In this document: in pieces, positions 51,560 to 64,000 of the stretch
Position numbering within the stretch: the stretch's first letter is position 1
Layout of the letters: every line of letters starts with the position of its first letter
DNA from: Basidiobolus meristosporus CBS 931.73
Lineage: Eukaryota > Fungi > Basidiobolomycota
Direction of reading: 5' to 3'
Length of the DNA: 64,000 bases
Assembly (NCBI GenBank): GCA_002104905.1
Contig: MCFE01000496.1
Location: forward strand, 2,640-66,639
Notes under the pieces: generated by a model
Databases searched by the model: none
Told to the model about the DNA's origin: nothing
The model's input: the letters and a program-made list of their open reading frames with translations, nothing else
Translations under genes and position numbers: made by a program

Positions 51560-54197
51560 ACAAACTCCTTGCAAAAATGCTGTAGATGTGTCAAGTTGGC
51601 ATTGATGATCTGCTTCTGGATAAATATTTCAGAATGTTCACATATTACTGCCAATGCTTCCAGTGTACTTTTGGTGGAAATAGCTTCAGAAGGCCACTTA
51701 AATCAATACATATTTGGTTCATTCAGTCCTTGCACTTGAAAAGTTGCTTATGTGTTCAAATGTTGATTGGAGCCCATGAGCAGTACTGATGGTAGCAGAT
51801 ACTCTGCAATATCTTGCCAATTAGTTCATAATTTCTCTGGTATCTCAAAAGGCTCATTTAGCCAATCAGTTTAGGGATATTGCTGAAAAGCAAATGCGTG
51901 ACTCCCAGTGGAGAGCTTTTGCTCCAGCAGATACCCTCTATGTTAAGTATCTCAAGTTTCCAATTAATTCCATATTCTGGCCAATGGCTTAGAGCTTACC
52001 AGCTTTACTGCAATTGCATGCGGACTTCTGTATGTCCTCATTACAAAAAGCTAATGTTCTTAGTATTGATGTTTGGGTAAAAATAAAGTGTGTGTGTTAC
52101 AGAGTGGGTCCCCTGGGTCTCACACATTTGACAGCAATGCCATCCATTGTGCCCAGAAAAGCTGGCTATCTTGCTGATGGCTGGGGTATCTCCCCTGCTG
52201 ATAATAATATGGGCTTTGACATAAAGGCCATACACCAATATCCTGCCAGAAAGCATACAAAACTCATCCAGAAAAGGTTACAGGTAGCATCCAGGTTAGA
52301 AAATGATTTAGGCTCAGACACCCATGAGCCTACCATTAGTTTTCTGCTCTCATACTATAAAATAGATGGCAGCTTCAGGTTGATGAGAATCAGTAGCCAG
52401 CAGGATTTGCTGGTAGTGTACTAGTTTAATTCAAGTTCATCAAGTGCCAAGGCAAAGGCATGGTTGTACATACTTTCAAAGTAGCCCTTGCTTCTTGGCT
52501 TATTGTAATGTTTGCCATCAACTATATTTAATATATTTGCCCTTGATTGTTACTAAGTGCAGTACTTTATAGCTTCACAATATTTGTTGCACTGCATGAG
52601 CTTCTTTAGACAGGGTATTACCGGAATATATGCAGAGTGTGAGCAATGTGTTCCCCAATGGTGGTGGACTCCTGTCAAGTAGGACACCTTGCAATGGCGG
52701 CATTTTCTGATTTGAATATCATGCAACTGCTAACACAAACTGGTATTGGGACAGTCTCTGGGTGATTTTTTGGCAGCTGCATGACAGTTGTCCATTTAAA
52801 CATTATACATGGTAGGTTGCATCCAGGGATGATTTTGGCAAGAAGCAGTAGTGAATCCTCAAGGTCCCCATGACTGATATTAGTTGAAATGTGCCACTTC
52901 TCTAGCCACAACATCACATCATTCCCCAGTAGTTGGATTACTGGGCTCACTTGACTCCATAAAATATCATTGGCATATTTCTCCATGGGTGTTGTCTCAT
53001 TGCGTAATGGGATCTTGCCAGGCTCATGCAGGATACTGTTGTTAAGGGAGATAGGTTCATAATGCATCAGGGAGCTTGCCTTTTCAGAGCTATCACTCTG
53101 CATGCCATATTCAGAAGGCTGGGGTGAGCCCAAGGGCATCACAAGCTCACCTCACTTGGTTTGCACAAGGTGACAAGTACAGCCAGGTGCTGTTAAAGAT
53201 GTATAAGGTGACAGGCAAAATATTGCTGGTACAGTAGTGACTGGTGAATGGTCAAGTGTGACCTGTGTGCAAAACACTGGCTGTGATCCTTGTAATACTT
53301 CCCATGCTGTATACATGCTTCATGGCTTAGAGGCTTGCTACAATAGTCACATGGTCTTTTTTGTCTTCTCTTACAGTATTCAATCAAAGTAGTCTTGTTC
53401 ATGGAGCAAACAGTATGACACTTGACAATGTAATGCTATTATGGCATTTTGTTATCAATACTCACGTAAATTTAAAACAGTATTGTATATGAGTCATTGC
53501 ACCTAAATGAATGTAAGACTCAATGATGACCAGCCATAGTAAGCATTATAAGTCAAATTGTAGCACCTTATACAGATGTATAAGTATCACCATTTACCCT
53601 CTGGCTAAGCTCACTTCTGTATTTAAGCCCCCAAAAATAAAGCAAAGTTGACTAGTACCTAATCAAATCCTACTGCTGACAGCAGCAGAAGAAATGTTAG
53701 ATAACAGCTTACTTTGACATTCAGTGAAACAAGTGAAGCTACAACCAAAAAAGGCCCTGTGAACAGTGTGCCCACCAAAGGTAATAATGCAGGCTCCTCA
53801 AGCTCTCAGTCAAGTAGACAATTGGGAATCTCTGCAGTGTAGTGGGGTCACAGTGACACCCACAGGCAGATGTGCTCATTCCCATATGTTCCCTTCCCTA
53901 AAAAACATTACCCCCCTATATTAGTATCAATATTTTCTATCTGTCTATGTAATTATTACTATGTTACCTGGCAAACTATTTATCACTATTTACCCATTGT
54001 ACAAGCTATTCCTATTCCTTGCCAAGATGCCAAGATAAGATAGTAACCATATAAGGCAAGTGTCCCCAACAGTGCCTATGTCATGTGACCATCCTGATTT
54101 CATAACCATCCAATACTTCTACCATATGAGGTAACCACATGGCATAGAGGTTTCATATTACCACTATCTGATTGGCTAGGTACTACTATGCTTCATG

Positions 54198-55215
54198 TGT
54201 TGTAAGAGTCTTGGAGATATTGGAAGTGATTAGCAGAACAAGTAGATTATGTGGTTTTCACTTAATGATTTATTGAATGTAAAAGTAGTATTTATACTTT
54301 TACCTGGTCTTGGCACTACAAACATGTAGAATAGGTTAAAGAAGGTCCTATGAACATGTGTGCAAAGCTTGGGGCTGTTTGGACAACTTTGAGAATTTTT
54401 GTGTTCTGGGTACCTGGTATTTTGGTGAAAATATTCTAAGTAAATCCTGACAAGGAATTTGGTCAGTATTCTCTAGAATTTGAGGGTAGTGATTTAAGTG
54501 ACTAAGTTAGGTGAATATTTAGGTGGAATTACAGACTTTTACAACACTCTTACTCAGCTAAATGTTCATACTGACTAGTTCTAATTTTGACCTAAAATAT
54601 TCAAACTTGTCTCTAGCTATTGTTTGGTAAATATGGCTGCAATCATTTCATCTGTAGGATAGTAAACTAAGCCAACTAAGTTATTCTCTATAGCTTCACG
54701 TATGAAATGATGTCTAATATCTATGTGCTTGGTTCTAGCATGAAAAGTTGGATTCCTACATAATTGTATACATCCTTGATTATCTTGAAATAAAGTAATA
54801 GGTGTTTTTTGACATAGGCCTAAATCTGTAAAAAGCTTTCTTAACCACATTGACTCTTTTGTAGCTTCACAGGCTGCCATATACTCTGCCTCTGCAGTAG
54901 AAAGTGCTACAGTTGGCTGCTTTCTTGAATTCCATGAAATTGCTCCTTTATAGTAAAGAAAGGTGTATCCTGTGGTGGATCTTCTGTCTTCTAAATTTTA
55001 TCCCCAATCAGCATCGGAGTATCCAACAAGATCCTGTTCTGAATCCTTATAAGTGTATCTTAAGCAGATATCAGCAGTTCCTTTTAGGTATCTAAAAATC
55101 TGCTTAACTGCTGCAATATGATCAGATCCATAGTTCTGATTTTGTTGGCTGACAACTCCCACTGAATATGAGATATCTGGATGTATTCCAAGCATGATAT
55201 ACATCAGACTGCAAG
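54198..55215 (-). mobile_element. Copia 3' remnant: RT end, RNase H and 3' LTR (54198-54546)
   Basis: Reverse-complement homolog of ~2010-3006 (ORFs 54617-54880 and 54998-55249). The in-frame stop falls at the same codon as in the first copy. Confidence 0.93.
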
Positions 55216-55379
55216 ATAGTGTTACACATATGTGTGTATGTGGTACCACAACTTTATTTATAATGCTTACTATGGTGGGTCATCACTGAATCTTATATTC
55301 ATGTAGGTGCATTGTCTCAAATACAAGACTGTCTTAATTTTGCATGAGTATTGACCAAAGGGTGATATAATAGCAGTAC

Positions 55380-56100
55380 ATTGTTGAAGGTTAAGCTCTT
55401 TGCCCTATGGACAAGACTACTTTGACTTAATGCTATTAGAGAAGAGAAAAAAGACCATGTGGCTATTGTGACAAGCCATGAAGCATGCAGACAGCATAGG
55501 AAGTATTACAAGGATCACAGCCAGTGCTTTGCCACCCAAGTCATATTTAACTATTCATTGGTCACTACTGTACCAACATTATCTTGCTGGCCAGTTGATA
55601 CTTCTATATTGGCACCTGGCTGTCTTTGTCACCTTGCGCAAATTAAGGCAGGTGAGTTTGTGACACCTTTAAGCTCACCTCAGCCTTCTGAATATGGCAT
55701 GCAGAGTGATAGCTCTGACAAAGAAGGTTCACTGATGGATTCTGAGCCTATCACCCCTAACAACAATACTACATATAAGCCTGGTCAAATCCCTGTATGC
55801 AATGAGACAACACCAGTTGAGAAAACACCAAGAATACTTTATGGAGCCAAGTGAGCCCAGTAATCCATTTACTGGTGAATGATGTAATGTTGTGGCTGGA
55901 GAAGTGGAGCATTTCCACTAATATCAGTAATGGGGGCTTTGAGGATTTATTACTACTTCTTGCCAAAATCATACTGGGATGCAACTTGCCATGTACATGG
56001 TACAAGTGGACAACCATCATGCGGCTGGCAACATATGATCCAGAGACCGTCCTGATTACAGCATGTGTTAACAGTTGCATGGCATTCACATCCAAAAAAT
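55380..56100 (+). mobile_element. Second CACTA-like fragment (N-terminal part only)
   Basis: Homologous to ~52690-53420 in opposite orientation (SPQPSEYGMQSDSS, VMLWLEKW, ACVNSCM). Confidence 0.7.
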
Positions 56101-57530
56101 AATATGCAAATAAAGAGGGGTGATTCTACAGTGGAATTTATGAGTTGCACAAGGGGAGGTAGAAAAAGGAAACACCATTTGGTAAATTGGTGCAATAGCA
56201 TTATACAGAACCAGCAGTAGGCCATCATAGTGCCAATATAATGCCATCAGAGTCTTGCTGTGAGGCCGTCAAAATACCGTAAAATTTCTTGCCATATAAG
56301 ACAATTGGATGTCCTGGCTGACTGGATCCACTTGAAATAGTTATAGAGCACTAAAAGACTGCAACAATACCATGCAAATATCTTCACAGCACCAAGAAAA
56401 TATTGTCAAGTTTTGTCCCTTTATTTAGTTTTAAGATTAGCAAAACACCATCATGATCCCATCATAAGATTGTTAGGAGGGTCACCAACTTCAAACTGCT
56501 GGTATTATGATGGTCTCTCAAGAAGATCCTGATTGCTGATCTGGATTGGATCCACCTGCGGGACCGAATTATTTTTCATAGGGAGAAGTTGCAACAAAAG
56601 AAGCACCCAGTCATTACAAAAGTGAAAGACTGGGTGGAGATGAAAGGAATGGTACAGGAAGAATGTCTATCCAAGACAGAGACAGAGAAGCATTAGAAAA
56701 AGCTGCAGTTCTTACCAATTAATGCTGTAAGCCCAGAACAGGCTAGATCCTTTAATAGCCAAGAAATATTACCTAAAAGGCAACAGCTCTATTCACAAGG
56801 ATTGGAAGCTCTGCTAGTTATGCTCTTCACCAGTGAGGTAAATGAGATTACAAAGAAAGGCAATATTGCAAAGATTTAGTGCAAAGACTGGCAAATGTGG
56901 TGCTTGACCTTGCAATGCTCACAGCATAACTGGATGTATGAGATTCAGTGAATGCCCAATGGTATAAAGCTGTAGAGTTCCTGCAGAAGTCATGGAAAAA
57001 GGGCACCATAGCAGAAGTTGTTAGTGAGTGGTGGATCCAAATGGAGTTACTTGCTGAGTGTGAGGGCAAGTTCAATGCTAGTGTTGTTTATAGGGACTGG
57101 TATAGCTTACTACAGCTGGCAACTGAGTTACAGCTAGAGCTTCAACGTAAATATGCCATTTTGGGTTCATGAGCAGTAAGGCCATTGGTTAAGTTAGGGA
57201 GTATGGAGAGTGAGAAAAAGGCAATGGCTAAGCATGTACACAAAGATAGGGGGTGAATCAGTGTCTGCATTCAGAGAGTGAAATAATTGGCAGAAAACCA
57301 TTCAAAAGATACCGTGTTTAATGTGGTGAAAAAATATGGACATTTTTTTCAATACAGGTGTGCAAGATTTCTTGACAGTCTTTGTACAGTGTTTTGTTGG
57401 GAACAATACCTCTTTGTGATGGATTTAAACTTTGTAATGGCTTTTGACAGGATCATGAGAGTTATTTTTCATAGGGATATGAATATATGTCCTCATTTTA
57501 TGCATGGAGCTATATAGAATGACTCAACTT
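56100..57530 (+). repeat. Unclassified dispersed repeat (homologs at ~44380-44840 and ~39520-40750, both minus strand)
   Basis: Shared blocks such as GGGTGATTCTACAGTG...AAAAGGAAACACCATTTGGTA and CCAATTAAT(A/G)CTGT(G/A)AGCCCAGAAC. No recognisable domain. Confidence 0.65.
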
Positions 57531-57657
57531 ACTTAGCTTATTGTCTTATAGATACAATGATTGCAGACATATATACCAGACTAATAGCTAGAGACAAATT
57601 TGAATATCCTGAATTGCAATCAGAATTGACCAATATTGCATCTTGGCTGTTTGCAAG

Positions 57658-59318
57658 TGTTGTAAAAACTTGTGTTTCCACCTAAATATCCACCTAGTTT
57701 TGTCATGTAGATCATTACCTACAGGTTTAGAGGATACTGACCAAATCCTTGCTGGTACTTAGACTATCCTCACAATTTTACCAGGTGCACAGAGCACATT
57801 GTTTTGATATATTGTTCAAAGAGCCCAAACCATATACATATGATCTTCAGACCTCCCCAAACATACTCTAAGTGCTTGCTTTGCCAATATCATCCACAAG
57901 TCTTTATACTACTGTTACAGTCAGCAAATAATCAAACAAAAACTACATTGCTAAGTTGTCCTTCAAATTACTTTATATATTTAAGAAATTCTTACAACAG
58001 CCTATGTGTATTAAGCTGTCAAACTCCAGAATTTTTACCACAGCTGTTACAGGAAGCTTCCCTATGGAGGTCTTCATTCTGCTGAAATGTTAGATGGATC
58101 TTACTACAAAGCCTGGAAAGAGAAGATGAAACAATGCTACAAGAAAGTGGCTGCATGAGTACTGCATTGAAAGAAGGGGCCCTCAAGTACAAAAAGAAAA
58201 AGCAAAGTGCTTTTAACTTGGTATGCTATTGCATTGAAGACAAATTTTGCTAACTCAATGCTCAAAAACAAAACACGGTATAACAAATAAAATACATTAG
58301 AAGGCACTTCTCTAGAGTTTGTAGAGACACTGAAAATGATTGGGGGAGCAAGTATATTGTGGTTTCACTTGATGATTGGTCAAATGCAAAAGCAGAATTT
58401 ATAGAGCACATGGTCTTTGTAAAACAAACATACAGAATATGCATAGAATGGTCCCAAGAGCATATGTGCAACTTGGAGGCTGTTTGAACAACTTGAGATT
58501 TCTCATACTTGGGCATCTGATGTTTTAGTAAGAATGTTCCAAGTATTTATTGACAAAGAGCTTGCTCAGTATTTCATCAGAGTTTTACACACCTATCTGA
58601 GCAAGTAAGCTGAATGAGTGTGTAGGTTAAATTACAAATTTTGCAACATACTACTGCCTGTCATATTCAGCTGGTAGTTTGACTGAGTGCTCCTTCTATT
58701 GTAGCCCATATTTCTTGAGCAAATGTTGTAAGTGCTTTGGATTTATTACAAGTGATTGAGAGAGCCAGTATATGATGTGGTTTCCACTTAATGATTTATT
58801 AAATTACAAGTATTACTTGTATCTCTACATGGTCATGGTAAAAAAAAACCAAATGTGCTTAACAAGGCCCCAGGAGCATGTGTGCAAAGCTTGGGACTGT
58901 TTGGATGATTCTGAGATTTCTCATGTTTATGGTATGTGGTATTTGAGTCAGTATATTGCAAGTAGACTAGATAAGGCATTTGGCTAGTATTTTCTAAGAT
59001 TTGTAAGAAATTATATAATTGACTAGGTTAGGGGAATACTCAGGTGGAAGTAAAAACCCCTACAACCAACACTTACAAGTCATGTCCATTGGCTAGGAAA
59101 ATATATCTTCAGCAAATATTTTCAATTACAAAATGCTACTCAGAGAAGAAATGGAAAATCAAGTTAGCAGGATATTCTATTGGCTGATGAGATGGATATG
59201 TATACTCACTATGAATGAGGATTTGCTAGTTACTCTTCTTCAAAGCCTGACAGACAAGCTTCAGGGTCACATATCCACTCTAGAGCTCATGGCTGAAGAT
59301 GGGACCTTGAACTACATA
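57658..59318. mobile_element. Cluster of decayed Copia LTRs (57658-~58040 +, ~58318-58648 -, 58724-59067 -) and gag scraps
   Basis: LTR termini and conserved blocks; gag remnants LDGSYY and MNEDLLVTLLQSL. Confidence 0.75.
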
Positions 59319-59686
59319 TGTTACAAGTCTTGATGTAAGAGTTGTAGAGGAATAGGGAGTTTAGCTGGTATTGAATTCACAAAAAATTTAACTAATTTTT
59401 ATTGAGGTTCCAGCAGCTGCTTTTGTACATTTTTGCTAGATTAATTGCGGACCTACTCTATTTCCTAATGCAGGTTGTGGCTGATGACTCATTTGATTCA
59501 TCAACTTCACCCAATTATATCCTACTTGATACATCTATTTATGTCTGATAAGGATTTGCTGATTAATCTGCTTGCTAATATCACTGATTAGATAGATGAC
59601 ACTGATATACTGATAGGCTAAACACAATACTAATTAATTTGACTAAAAGCTGATCTAACTTGAACATTCAAGAAGTGTTCATAACA
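59319..59686 (-). repeat. 3' LTR (with PPT GAGTAGGGGAGAA) of an older relative of the element at 60004
   Basis: Diverged reverse complement of 60004-60371; TG...CA termini; purine tract on its upstream (minus-strand) side. Confidence 0.88.
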
Positions 59687-60003
59687 TTCTCCCCTACTCA
59701 AGTTGAGAGGGTTCTGTGGTAATGGAAAGTATTCCATTACTACAATATCTCTAAACCAATATTGCACTTATTTCTTTATTTTGCTTTTTGCTATTGTAAC
59801 ACACAAGTGAAAGATCAAGAATTTCCAACTTTGATGAGCAAATGCTCCAGACCCTGACAAGCAATCCACCCAAGAATATTATGTCATACAGAACACGTAG
59901 TAGCCAACACATATTTCAAATTACAGCTCATTTGAAGCAGTACTTAAGGAGTTATGACCAAAAGAGTCCAACTATTATATATACTATGCCTTATTGCTAG
60001 GAT

Positions 60004-63000
60004 TGTTATGATCTGCCGCTTGAATGTTTAAGTTAGATCAGTTTTCAGTCAAATCAATTAGTATATGTTTAGGTTATCAGTATATCAGTATTATCTATGA
60101 AATCAGTAGCATTAGTCAGCAAATGAATCAGCAGATCCTTATCAGACAGAAATAGATATATTAAGTAGGATCTTATTGGGTGATGATGATGCAATCAAAT
60201 GAGTCATCAGCCACAACCTACATTAGGAAATACAATTAGTCAGCAATTGATCTGGCAAAATGTATATAAGGAGCTGCTGGAACCTCAATAAAAATCAGTT
60301 CAAGTTTTAGTGAATACAATACTAGCTAAACTCCCTATTCCTCTACAACTCTTATACCAAGACTTGTAACATTGGTAGCAGCGATAACCAGAAACCTCCC
60401 TCCTGAAGAAAGAAGAAACCACCCTCAAGATGTCGGACAATCAAGAATGGAAGAATGCCATGCAGCAAATCCTGGCCCAACAGCAACAGCTACTCCAAAT
60501 CCTCAGCCAACAGCAACAAGGAATGACTACCATGGCTCAGAGCCAGCAAAGCCCTATCAAGAGCAACTTTAGTGTGAAGGTCAACCGGTACCATGGCAGA
60601 GTCAATGAAAACCTGGGAACTTGGCTCTTTCAGATTGAAGAAGCTTTTAAAGCTAAAGGAATTGCTCCAGAGAGCAAGTTGCATTATGCAGCTTCTTACC
60701 TGGCAGATGCAGCTTTACAGTGGTACCACAACAAGATCAGGTCAGCTACTATGATGGGATGCTCTACAATCTCTACCTGGGATGAGTTTGTGTTGGAAAT
60801 TCAGGATGCTTTTGAACCTCCACACCAGCAGACACTACTAAGAAGGAAGTTAAAGACACTCAGACAGAAAGGAATGGTGCAAGAATACATCTATGAGTAC
60901 AGATGTCTACTTGGACAAATTGAAAGAATGGACCCCTTGGATCAAGTTGAATACTTTATTGATGGGTTGAAAGAAAGAACTCGCAAGGAAGTCAATTACC
61001 AAAGACCTCAGACTATTGAAGAAGCCATCAAGATTGCCATTGACTATGACTCAGCTATGTTTGGAGTTGGGAAGCCTACAGTGACTAGTCAGAAAGGCTA
61101 TAATCATTATGAAAGAAGACAATCAGAAGCAGTACCAATGGAAATAGACGCTATGCAGAAGAATCCCTCCTCAGAAGAATGCAAGAAGAGAGGACTTTGC
61201 TTCAATTGCCACCAGCAGGGACATATTGCAAAGTACTGCCCTCAGAGAAGAAATGGACACCAGCCAACAAGAACCTTCAACCATATTGAATCCCATGAAC
61301 ACAATAATGAGGAAGATGAGCTTGAAGAAGACTCGGAACTCACCTTCCATATGACAGAAGAGTACTTGTCCCAAATGACTTCAAACTCAGGGAAGTTATT
61401 GTACCTGAATGGAGCAATCAATGGAGTACCTGCCAAGATCATGATTGACTCAGGAGCATCGCATGAGTACATGTCAGAGCAATTTGCTTTGAAAGCTGGA
61501 ATCAACTCGGAACCTACCAAATCAACTTCAGTCTCCACAGCAGATGGGAACTCCCACATAATCAACCGTATTACCCAGCCAGTAAGAATGAAGATCAATG
61601 ACTATGAAGAAGACCTACAGGCTTATATATTTGGGAACTGCAAGTTTGACCTTGTACTTGGGAAAACCTGGCTATTTTGTCGTAATCCATCAATCAACTG
61701 GAGAACCCATGCTACTCAGATCCAAAAAGACAACAAGACCTATGAGCTATTACCTGCCAGGCTGGATTTCAACTTGGTCAATTCCAGTGTGTGTGAGACA
61801 AGTGAACTTAGCAAGACCCAGTTCTGTAGAGCACTTAGAAAAGGTACCCAGATGTTCCTCATGGCGGTATTACAGGAGGATTCCTCTATCCCAGCACCCC
61901 AGCAGGTCCAGACTCTCTTGAAGAAATATTCAGACGTGTTTCCAGATGAGCTTGTAAGCCTACCACCAGTCAGAGATGTGGATCATGCCATTGACACAGG
62001 AGATAGCCCTCCAGTGAGCAAGACACCTTACAGAATGAGTCCATTGGAATTGGAGGAAATGAAGAAACAAATTGATCAGCTATTGGAGCAAGGATACATC
62101 AGGCCCAGCAAGTCACCTTGGGGAGCACCAGTGCTTTTTGTGAAAAAGAAGGATGGAACACTTAGGATGTGCATTGACTACAGAGCCCTGAACTCAGTTA
62201 CCGTCAAGAATAAGTACCCCATACCTCGGATTGATGAGCTTTTGGACCAACTTAATGGAGCCACTATTTTCAGCAAGATCGACCTCATGTCAGGATACAA
62301 CCAGATTAGGGTGAAACCAGAAGATATCCCTAAGACAGCATTCAGGACCAGATATGGACATTACGAGTACTTAGTCATGAGTTTTGGCCTCACTAATGCC
62401 CCTGCAACATTCATGACGCTGATGCAGACTGTCTTTCAGGAGTACTTAGACAAGTTTGTGATAATCTACCTGGATGACATATTGATATACAGCAAGACAG
62501 AAAAGGATCACATGGTGCACATTGAAAAGGTCTTGAAGAAACTAAGAGAGAACAAGCTATACGGCAAGCTAGCCAAGTGTGAATTCTTCAAGGAACACGT
62601 AGAATATCTGGGACACATAGTGACTAGCACAGGAGTAACCTTAGACCCCAAGAAGGTGGAAGTAATCAAGAATTTGAAGCAGCCCCATAGCATATCAGAA
62701 CTCAGATCCTTCCTTGGAATGGTTTCCTATTATCGGAGATTTGTCAAGTCATTTGCAAGTATTGCAGCCCCTTTAACTGATATCCTCAAGAAAGACAATA
62801 CCTACAAGTGGGACATAGCTTGTGAGACTGCCTTCCAGACACTAAAGAATGAACTTGCTAAGCTGCCAAGCTTAAGAATACCAGACTTCAGAAAAGAGTT
62901 CACTCTGTGCACAGATGCTTCAGATTATGCAATTGGTGGAGTGCTGAGCCAAGAACACGAGGGAAAGGACTACCCTGTTGCCTTTGAATCCAAGAAACTG

Positions 63001-64000
63001 AACTCAGCAGAACAAAACTATCCAGTTCATGAGAAGGAGATGCTTGCTATAATACACTGTTTGAAGACATGGAGATGCTATATTGAAGGAGTCAAATGCA
63101 CTGTGAAGACTGATCATGCCTCCCTCAAGTATATATTTACTCAGAAGGTACTCTCTAGAAGAATGACAAGATGGAGTGAATACATTCAGCAATTTGACCT
63201 GGAGATTGTCTACTGTCCTGGAAAAAACAACACGGTTGTTGATGCCTTATCAAGATTAGATCAAGTTGCACAACTCAACTTGGTGCATGAATCAGATTGG
63301 CCTAGCCTATTACCAAAGTACTTGGAGGACCAAGCCATTCCTAATGAGGTGGATGAAGATATCAAGAAGATAATCCGTGATGAAGCCAGCAAATTTGTTG
63401 TACAGGATGAAACACTCTACCGAATTGTTGATGGAAGCCCTATTGCCTATTGTCCTTATGTTGCTCGCCTGGATTTAATACATAAGCTACACAATGGATA
63501 TGGACATCTTGGGATTGAAGGAACCTATAGCCTTGTGAAAGCCAGAGCATGGTGGCCCAGAATGAAACAAGATATTGAGAAGCTAGTGAAAACATGCCCA
63601 AACTGCCAAATCAATCAAGGCCAGCCACAAAGAATTGCCAAACTCTTCCCTTTGGAGCCTGTAAGACCATTTGAGAGATGGGGAATTGACTTTATTGGAA
63701 GACTGCCAACTACCAGGAAATGCAACCGTTGGATCCTAGTAGCAATTGACCATGCCACTAAATGGCCAGTTGCTAAAGCTGTACCAATAGCCAGTGAACA
63801 AGAAGTTGCAAGTTTCATTTACCATGAGATCCTGATGAAGTTTGGATGCCCTGTGGAGATCTTATCCGATAGAGGTGCAAACTTTATGGCAAAGACATTA
63901 GAGGCTTACCTGGAAATGCAGCAGATCAGACACTTGAAAACCTCGGCATATCACCCCAGAACTAATGGAGTCACTGAGCGGTTTAATGGATTATTTGGAA
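60004..64000 (+). mobile_element. Ty3/Gypsy element, 5' part: LTR 60004-60371, PBS 60373-60383, gag-pol
   Basis: TGTTATG...TGTAACA LTR and PBS TGGTAGCAGCG. The element continues past the window end. Confidence 0.96.
60430..64000 (+). CDS. Single fused Ty3 gag-pol ORF, open to the window end (absent from the ORF track because it has no stop codon)
   Basis: Hand translation: [70 protein letters not shown]. Confidence 0.93.
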   Translation, partial: MSDNQEWKNAMQQILAQQQQLLQILSQQQQGMTTMAQSQQSPIKSNFSVKVNRYHGRVNENLGTWLFQIEEAFKAKGIAPESKLHYAASYLADAALQWYHNKIRSATMMGCSTISTWDEFVLEIQDAFEPPHQQTLLRRKLKTLRQKGMVQEYIYEYRCLLGQIERMDPLDQVEYFIDGLKERTRKEVNYQRPQTIEEAIKIAIDYDSAMFGVGKPTVTSQKGYNHYERRQSEAVPMEIDAMQKNPSSEECKKRGLCFNCHQQGHIAKYCPQRRNGHQPTRTFNHIESHEHNNEEDELEEDSELTFHMTEEYLSQMTSNSGKLLYLNGAINGVPAKIMIDSGASHEYMSEQFALKAGINSEPTKSTSVSTADGNSHIINRITQPVRMKINDYEEDLQAYIFGNCKFDLVLGKTWLFCRNPSINWRTHATQIQKDNKTYELLPARLDFNLVNSSVCETSELSKTQFCRALRKGTQMFLMAVLQEDSSIPAPQQVQTLLKKYSDVFPDELVSLPPVRDVDHAIDTGDSPPVSKTPYRMSPLELEEMKKQIDQLLEQGYIRPSKSPWGAPVLFVKKKDGTLRMCIDYRALNSVTVKNKYPIPRIDELLDQLNGATIFSKIDLMSGYNQIRVKPEDIPKTAFRTRYGHYEYLVMSFGLTNAPATFMTLMQTVFQEYLDKFVIIYLDDILIYSKTEKDHMVHIEKVLKKLRENKLYGKLAKCEFFKEHVEYLGHIVTSTGVTLDPKKVEVIKNLKQPHSISELRSFLGMVSYYRRFVKSFASIAAPLTDILKKDNTYKWDIACETAFQTLKNELAKLPSLRIPDFRKEFTLCTDASDYAIGGVLSQEHEGKDYPVAFESKKLNSAEQNYPVHEKEMLAIIHCLKTWRCYIEGVKCTVKTDHASLKYIFTQKVLSRRMTRWSEYIQQFDLEIVYCPGKNNTVVDALSRLDQVAQLNLVHESDWPSLLPKYLEDQAIPNEVDEDIKKIIRDEASKFVVQDETLYRIVDGSPIAYCPYVARLDLIHKLHNGYGHLGIEGTYSLVKARAWWPRMKQDIEKLVKTCPNCQINQGQPQRIAKLFPLEPVRPFERWGIDFIGRLPTTRKCNRWILVAIDHATKWPVAKAVPIASEQEVASFIYHEILMKFGCPVEILSDRGANFMAKTLEAYLEMQQIRHLKTSAYHPRTNGVTERFNGLFG

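Larger units (their letters stand above)
45340..53420 (-). mobile_element. CACTA/En-Spm-like (tnp2/Transposase_21) pseudogene, split by the Ty3 insertion (pieces ~45340-45658 and 51560-~53420)
   Basis: Minus-strand remnants VCVSSCM..CP, IVDGKHY, SCWLLILINL, GDTPAISKIASFSGHNGWHCCQMC. FERLY...ER...PYPNL continues on the far side of the Ty3. Confidence 0.75.

Noticed and set aside
53880-54197. Possible solo LTR of another Ty3 family
   Set aside because: LTR-like composition only; no second copy, clear termini or TSD in the window.
1-64000. tRNA, rRNA or snRNA genes
   Set aside because: No T-loop (GTTCRA) within a cloverleaf context and no rRNA or snRNA signature seen by eye. A tRNAscan/Infernal run would be needed to exclude them.

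Overview
Eukaryotic DNA, most likely from an early-diverging fungus (inference from short GT-AG introns with CTAAC-type branch points and the gene set). The window has three zones. (1) 1-~3600 is a CpG-poor repeat block: a 155-bp tandem array plus a Ty1/Copia 3' end with LTRs. (2) ~3600-36470 is a CpG-normal island of 12 mostly spliced genes: a secreted Ser/Thr-rich protein, a UNC-93-like MFS protein, an ABCG half-transporter, casein kinase I, YME2, a PIN-like carrier, a RasGAP, an R3HCC1L-like protein, a two-motif CDGSH Fe-S protein, RPS2, an FSH1 hydrolase and RAD7. (3) ~36480-64000 is a CpG-depleted nest of transposons: a dozen or so Copia LTR copies with decayed gag-pol, CACTA/tnp2 relics, a near-intact chromodomain Ty3 element (45659-51559, ACAAA TSD), a second Ty3 with an open gag-pol running off the window end, and an unclassified repeat family. 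Most notable: the chromodomain Ty3 carries a Tf1-type self-priming signal, a GGGAAAC+hairpin -1 frameshift signal and a heat-shock-element array. Three different priming modes occur in one TE nest. CpG decay preferentially spares CCG/CGG contexts. Three ATCWGATAA (SreA-type iron-repression) motifs sit upstream of the FSH1 hydrolase. The CDGSH protein has a 17-nt micro-exon and an extra Cys/His tail. All coordinates, translations and counts were done by eye; exon boundaries and decayed-repeat ends are approximate.
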